This document shows positions 58,438 through 64,000 of a DNA stretch of 64,000 bases, in pieces (positions within the stretch are counted from its first letter, which is position 1; every line of letters starts with the position of its first letter). The notes beneath the pieces were generated by a model, which was not told the DNA's origin, made no database searches, and saw nothing but the letters and a program-made list of their open reading frames with translations. A program made the position numbers and the translations under genes. This DNA is from Flectonema sp. DT1601 (lineage: Eukaryota). The stretch is from NCBI GenBank assembly GCA_964019425.1, contig OZ025789.1, positions 744,001 through 808,000 of the forward strand. Direction: 5' to 3'.

Positions 58438-61400
58438 TTATCGTCTCTTTTCTGTCTTCTTCGCTCTAGTCAAGAGTGATAATCTAAAATCTATTAAGTG
58501 TTGAACCTTATCAGCGAGAGACTCAAACGGAGAAGGATTAAGAAACGCTGCTAAGCAGGCAACACATTCCTCGAATTCACTGTAGACCAGACTTTCATTA
58601 TCGTCATCAGCTCCTCCACTTTGAATAGCAACGAAGAGATCTTGAAGGTCATCATTTGATAATCGTTTTCCTAACAGAGAAGCGTCTTGAAGTAGTTTTC
58701 TTAATTCAGACATGCTGAGAGTCATTGAGTTCTGACTCTGCATATCTAATATGCTACTTGACTTCCTCGCTCTTGTGTACTCTCGAGGAGTTCCTTGATT
58801 ACCTTGATATTCAGTACTACTTGATGCGGCATACATCTTAAATAATTTTAATATTTTAGGACGTTGTTTCTTAAGAACCAACTGAACAGGTTCTGACCAG
58901 ACCTGACTACGGAAATCAGCGCTACTCAAAACAGTCATGCCTGCCTTTGGTACTAAATGTTGTTCGAGAAGAGTCGTCACAGCGTACGAATGTTTTATCG
59001 GAGCTCCTGAAGCTCTCCGACTCATTATAACTGGACTTCCAAATTTCAAAACCGAAACTCTTAAAATTACCTGAACGAATTCACATTGTACGAGTAGGTG
59101 ATCTGGATTAAAAGAGTTGAGATCATTATCTCCTCTTACTCCTCTGTTTCTGATGTTGACGTCAGCGAATAATGAAGCAGCATGAGCTTTTGTAAAGAAG
59201 CTATCAACAAGTCGACATTCTGAACAGAATCTCCAAAATTGACTAAAATCCATTGAAATAGAATTACCAGTCACTTTAGTTTCAGAACCACAATAATAAG
59301 TAAAAGCTCTCCGAACATGTGGGAAAGCGTTGCTGATGATGAGGAGGAGTTCCTTAAGCTCATCGACGTTCTTTTTTTCTCTCGCAGCTTGCTCTTCCGG
59401 AGACTTTGCTATCCTCGATGAGAACAGTTCCGGCAACTGGTCCACTCTGACATCTAAGTAAGCTTGTTGCTCTTTAACTAAATCTCTTTCTTCTTGCTTA
59501 GTAAACATTCTTACTGGTTGTCCAGTAGCTCTACAGGAAGCTAAGTGAAGAGAGTATTCGCTTATCATGTGAAGTTGGTCAAGAAATGAGTCGTTTTGTT
59601 TCATTAATTCAGAAAACAAATCACTATTAGGTTTAGGAGAATTATGATCAAATTGATCAGGAAAGACATCCTCATCTCTGGGTGAATTCCTTAAGAAATC
59701 TCTATACCATAACGAGTAAAGTATTGATACGATAGCATCTGGGTTTCCTTGAGCGAAGTCACCAAGTCCTACACACTTATCGAGACCTAGTAGTTGTAGT
59801 TCAGAAAGTATAATTTCTAATCTGTCAGTTGGTTGAATTGAGTTACTTCCGGCTATCTCAAGTAACTCATCTATTTTATCATTCGGATTCACATACGACT
59901 GTTTGAGTGATGCAGTAGTCTCTCCAGTTAATGAATTGTAATTATCAAGACTGACATCATCCTGCGAGGCGTCTCCGTCACACTCTGCAAATTTTGAAAA
60001 TCTTTGTAAACGATGGCTGCTATTCGCCAACTCTGGTGATGCTGGCTCAAAACCTTTGAAAGATTTCTTAAGATGTGATGGCAATCTCTTTCTATAGATT
60101 TCAGGTGAGTCAGTATCTGTCTGCTCTGTGTTCTCATTTGATGAAATCAAATCATTTCCTTCGAAGTATTCGGAGGCGGCGCTACTCTTCCTTCTACGAG
60201 TGTTGACAGGCTCAGGTTGTGAGTTGCAGTAGAATTCATGTTTCTTACGACATTCATCTCCTTCTGATGAGATCAATGCCGCTAACAACGTTGCCATGAC
60301 TTCTCCAGATTTCCAGTCTGCTGAAAGGTTAGTGACAGTGGGTAGGTTTGGTTTATTTCTGTGAATTAGTTGTTGTATCTTACTATTAACCCAAGGGAGT
60401 AATAGTTTAATAGTCGCTTCATGCCAAGTTGCACACAATCGAGGTAATGAAGATTTCGTTAGGCTAGTGTCTGTTGACACAGCCTCAGCTGCTCTTCGTA
60501 AATTCGAAGTGTAAGAACAAATAACTTTTGATAGGTCTTTCCAGCAGCTAATTCGATGTTGGCTTGCGATGCAGACTTGATAGAGACCTCTACACAAACC
60601 TCTTTCACTTGAGGTGATCTCTCTGGCTTCTACCATTTGACTCAAGAGGTCAGCTTGTTTATCCTGAAGTTCATTCTTTAAGTGATCAGCTTGAGCTTTA
60701 TTCTGTTCTAGTTGAGATAAGTTTTCGAGCATCTGCGCCCATGCTCTTCCAACATCTGATTTCGCTGTGACATGTCTCCATCCACTTAGAGCTTGTTGTA
60801 ATAGACCCCTACTTGACTTTGTATCAAATAGATCTCTGAAATGACCAACATTCTTACGACTTCTTTTTGTTACATTCCTCCACAGAGTAAGAATTCTAAA
60901 TTTATAAGTTTGTTGCCACAATCTCATCGCTCTATCAATTACTCTCGTTCTGGTACTCAAAGCAGATCCTAAAGTGTGAGCACTCGTCTCAAATTGTGAC
61001 CACTTTGACTGATATTTCTCAAACTCACTTCTGTATGTCTGCCGTACTAAGAAATGAGCTGCATAAGAGTGTCTTGAAAATGCCTGATAAGTAGGATCGC
61101 TGTCACAGACTGGATAATAAATTGATTCGATCAAATAGTTTACTACTTTAGATATTAATTGTTCTGTTCTAGTTGGTGATTTAGAAATCTGTTTTAGAAT
61201 ACTACAGGCGGCAGCTATCCTTACTTCTAAGATGGTATTCACACTTGACTCACCACTCATGAGTACTTCAATTAATTCATTAAGTGAAGCTTCTTGTTCT
61301 GCTACTTCTTTCTGCATTGTTGCTGCTAAGTGATGTTGTGTCGTACCAACAGGAGTAATGATCGATCTTTTACTTCTCATCGCAGCCAACAGTTTTCGAC

Positions 61401-61443
61401 TCACCTTCGGTCGTGTTGTCGACATATTGTGAATTGATATCAT
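58438..61443 (-). CDS. Coiled-coil / calponin-homology-like / EF-hand-like protein, probably cytoskeletal or flagellar (1001 aa)
   Basis: LLPWVN..VTNLSADWKSG (CH-like); MDFSQFWRFCSECRL, LSMSELRKLLQD, LVYSEFEEC (EF-hand-like). Confidence 0.85.
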   Translation of the reverse strand: MISIHNMSTTRPKVSRKLLAAMRSKRSIITPVGTTQHHLAATMQKEVAEQEASLNELIEVLMSGESSVNTILEVRIAAACSILKQISKSPTRTEQLISKVVNYLIESIYYPVCDSDPTYQAFSRHSYAAHFLVRQTYRSEFEKYQSKWSQFETSAHTLGSALSTRTRVIDRAMRLWQQTYKFRILTLWRNVTKRSRKNVGHFRDLFDTKSSRGLLQQALSGWRHVTAKSDVGRAWAQMLENLSQLEQNKAQADHLKNELQDKQADLLSQMVEAREITSSERGLCRGLYQVCIASQHRISCWKDLSKVICSYTSNLRRAAEAVSTDTSLTKSSLPRLCATWHEATIKLLLPWVNSKIQQLIHRNKPNLPTVTNLSADWKSGEVMATLLAALISSEGDECRKKHEFYCNSQPEPVNTRRRKSSAASEYFEGNDLISSNENTEQTDTDSPEIYRKRLPSHLKKSFKGFEPASPELANSSHRLQRFSKFAECDGDASQDDVSLDNYNSLTGETTASLKQSYVNPNDKIDELLEIAGSNSIQPTDRLEIILSELQLLGLDKCVGLGDFAQGNPDAIVSILYSLWYRDFLRNSPRDEDVFPDQFDHNSPKPNSDLFSELMKQNDSFLDQLHMISEYSLHLASCRATGQPVRMFTKQEERDLVKEQQAYLDVRVDQLPELFSSRIAKSPEEQAAREKKNVDELKELLLIISNAFPHVRRAFTYYCGSETKVTGNSISMDFSQFWRFCSECRLVDSFFTKAHAASLFADVNIRNRGVRGDNDLNSFNPDHLLVQCEFVQVILRVSVLKFGSPVIMSRRASGAPIKHSYAVTTLLEQHLVPKAGMTVLSSADFRSQVWSEPVQLVLKKQRPKILKLFKMYAASSSTEYQGNQGTPREYTRARKSSSILDMQSQNSMTLSMSELRKLLQDASLLGKRLSNDDLQDLFVAIQSGGADDDNESLVYSEFEECVACLAAFLNPSPFESLADKVQHLIDFRLSLLTRAKKTEKRR

Positions 61444-61616
61444 CTCTAAAGCTTCATAAGAACCTGTCAGACAAGATAAGTAAAAGTCTATTTAATGTTA
61501 TTATCATATAAGCTTATGTGAAGGTAGTTGAGTTAGCGATGGTAGTGGGGAGTTGTAAAAAAAAAGTTCCAGAGAAGGTGTGGTTTTAATTAAGAAGGTA
61601 TTGTGTTCGAAGAGAA

Positions 61617-62465
61617 CTAATTAACGTCAGCGAGAGCGATCATTTCATTGTTTTGTTCCAAATCTGGAATACATGAACTTCCTCGTTTGGTATTGCCGAG
61701 TTGCTTTTTATTTCTTCGAATCAGTTTTTGGTGAAGTCGACCTGCTAAGATTGTTCCATACCAAACAGCTATTGCTGGTAACAGGAACAGGAACTGTGTA
61801 TATTGTTGATTAACTGTGATTGTGTGGTTTTAATAAAATTAAAATAAAAAACGTACCACTCCCACAATCCACATCACTACCGCTGACGGGATGTCGAAGA
61901 CGCTATCGCAGTATTGAAGTGCGATGAGGGGAGCAGAAATGATAAATCGAACCAAACCAGCGAAATAACCAAAAACAACACCCATCAAGAATGAGGTCAG
62001 CATCCAATCGAAAGAACGATCTTTTCCGAAAATAAAATCATAAAAAACAGAATGTTGTCCAACGTCAGTAGATTCTGAAAACGATTTAAAAATAACATTT
62101 CGATGTTCTTGTAAATGCTGAACTGACAAAACTCCAAATAAAGGTTTCAACGATACCTCGATGTCCTTTATTGTGATAGTAATCTCTCGGTAATGCTGCT
62201 TAGCTGATTGGAGATTAAATCCAATTTCAGTAGTGTCCCATTTCCGTTGCGATGCTTGAAGTCCTTGTATTCTCTTTTCAATAACTAATCTTTTGTCTTT
62301 CAATTCTCTAATTTCATTTTCGAGTTCAATTATTTTAATGTCGGTGTTGAAAACACTTTCGGTATGACAACTCACGGCGTCTTCTTCAACATCTGTCTCA
62401 CTCTTTGCATTGATAATAATTATCAGTAGCCATAACAATAAAATCATTCGCTGCGTTGTTTTCAT
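61617..62465 (-). CDS. Signal peptide + coiled coil + multi-TM protein, 2 exons (62465-61857, 61793-61617)
   Basis: Intron 61794-61856 (GTACGT..ACAG) extends the last TM (VGV|FLFLLPAIAVWYG) to a TAG at 61617. Confidence 0.78.
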
Positions 62466-62717
62466 TTTATATGAAAAGAAGTTCCTGATTGATAGAAAAA
62501 CATTTTTTTTTTTTTTTTTTTCATTTTTTGAATCCCAACCTGAAAAAGAAAACGAATTTAATAAATAAAAAAAGTGAGAAACAGCAAAAAGCTACCAAAG
62601 ACAATGGTCGTGTTAAGAATTTCCCGCATTCTCTTTTTTGCTTGGGAGTCTACTCACAGAACCCGTCAGGTAGTTTTTATTTAACAGTTTATAGATGCTA
62701 AGAAATAACATCAAGTC

Positions 62718-63905
62718 TCAAGGATCTCTTCCGCAATAAATTGATGAGCAGATGGTGCAGGCTGGGTTTGGAATGTCTGAATTATTTAAAAACTCTTGAG
62801 AGTAAGATCTATCCCACCAAGCAGTCTCACGTGGTGGTGATATCGCGGACTTCATATTCTCAACTACCGGAACTAATGAAGCCGTCGGATCGATTATAAC
62901 AGCAGCTGACGGCAATGGAATGTAGTTTTTAATGTTCGGAGCCCCAGCGTAAATCGGAACAGCTCCAGCCAAGAGCGCATGAAATATCTTCTCCGTAACA
63001 TAATCCTCATCGATGCTGTTATCCATCGCAATGACGTATTTGTAATGTCTGAAAACACATATTTTCTCTTTATATCTGTCGCTAGACTTCATGCAAGCAG
63101 CATGTTCCTTTTGCATGTTGTCTTTTGCTCTGCCTGGATGACATTTCCCAAACATGTATAGTTTATCACCTCGTTGTTGTAATAATTTATCAATCTCTTG
63201 CATTACAGCACTTCTATTAGTTGTGTGGTATTTACAGTTTGAAACGACAGCGACAACTGTACGTCTCTGTTCCCATGGAATCCATTGTTTTTTTATCTTT
63301 TCAATATTTTTAAAATCGTTCCAGTATCGTTGTGCCCAAGTGAATCTATATTTTGACCAGGATTTGAATACAACATGTGCATTGTATTGACTTAGATAGT
63401 CGTTTGTGTATTTTTCAGCGTGTTTTTCTTGACTCTCACCATACCACATGACACTCCATTGTTTTTTATGTCCCTTTTCGATTGGTAAATTCCTTCCTGG
63501 ATGATACACAACTGCGTCACTGGTACGAAAGTCTTCGGAACTTGGCTTTACCCGAACAATGCACTTCTTGCCTTCCATCTCTGGACATTGTAGGATACAA
63601 TTTCCACTGCTCCGTTTTGCTTCTGGCATGTACTGGCATATATATTGATGTTTATTCTCAGTTATAGTAATGTCTCTTTTTAACGGATTTTTACACATCG
63701 CAGATGACTCTGTGGCTATGATCTTGTTGGTGTCATCAGTTTGAATATTTACAGAAGTCTTTGGTGGTGATGTTGGTGTTGGGGTGTCAGGTATTACTTC
63801 TCCTCCTCCTCCTCCTCCCGCATGATCTGTTTGAGAAAAGAAAACCCCAACACCGAGTAACTGAAGAGTCATCATCGCCATCAGTAAATACCATCGACGA
63901 GTCAT
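62718..63905 (-). CDS. Alpha-1,3-fucosyltransferase-like, GT10 (395 aa)
   Basis: Type II TM anchor, VVSNC, YKYVIAMDNS..EDYVTEKIFHALLAGAVPIYAGAPN. Confidence 0.92.
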   Translation of the reverse strand: MTRRWYLLMAMMTLQLLGVGVFFSQTDHAGGGGGGEVIPDTPTPTSPPKTSVNIQTDDTNKIIATESSAMCKNPLKRDITITENKHQYICQYMPEAKRSSGNCILQCPEMEGKKCIVRVKPSSEDFRTSDAVVYHPGRNLPIEKGHKKQWSVMWYGESQEKHAEKYTNDYLSQYNAHVVFKSWSKYRFTWAQRYWNDFKNIEKIKKQWIPWEQRRTVVAVVSNCKYHTTNRSAVMQEIDKLLQQRGDKLYMFGKCHPGRAKDNMQKEHAACMKSSDRYKEKICVFRHYKYVIAMDNSIDEDYVTEKIFHALLAGAVPIYAGAPNIKNYIPLPSAAVIIDPTASLVPVVENMKSAISPPRETAWWDRSYSQEFLNNSDIPNPACTICSSIYCGRDP

Positions 63906-64000
63906 AAGAAACTTTTTTTTTTTTTTTTATTATATATTTTCTACTCAACTCTTTCTCATGTTATAGAATTGAACTACTTCTGAAGAAAGTGTTATTAAAG

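Noticed and set aside
1..64000. tRNA, rRNA, spliced-leader RNA genes, CRISPR arrays, transposase or reverse transcriptase ORFs, stop-codon reassignment
   Set aside because: None recognised. Long ORFs translate with the standard code and apparent breaks are explained by GT-AG introns.

Overview
AT-rich eukaryotic DNA in which all ~25 credible protein genes lie on the minus strand, head-to-tail. Most have a (C)AG acceptor just upstream of the ATG, and four contain short canonical GT-AG introns. This suggests a trans-spliced polycistronic cluster from a euglenozoan, most plausibly a diplonemid (inference). The window holds a >1800-aa TmcB-like polytopic receptor missed by the ORF track (it runs off the left edge), three tandem paralogs of a small membrane protein with dead fragments of the receptor's 5' end, an intron-split STE11-like kinase, a multi-exon PIP39-like DxDxT phosphatase, Mcm10, two SDRs, an L/F-transferase-fold enzyme, two near-identical arylsulfatases, an ankyrin-XK fusion, TFIIIC Tfc4, a PET117-like protein, a CH/EF-hand protein, a GT10 fucosyltransferase and several unknowns. 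Best leads: (1) a splice choice that would add or remove a peroxisomal SKI signal on the phosphatase; (2) four bacterial-type sensor domains chained in the receptor; (3) a 7-kb gene-free tract full of hairpins whose G-U pairs favour the antisense (+) strand; (4) loop-focused divergence between the sulfatase duplicates. All family assignments come from motifs read by eye; no searches were run.
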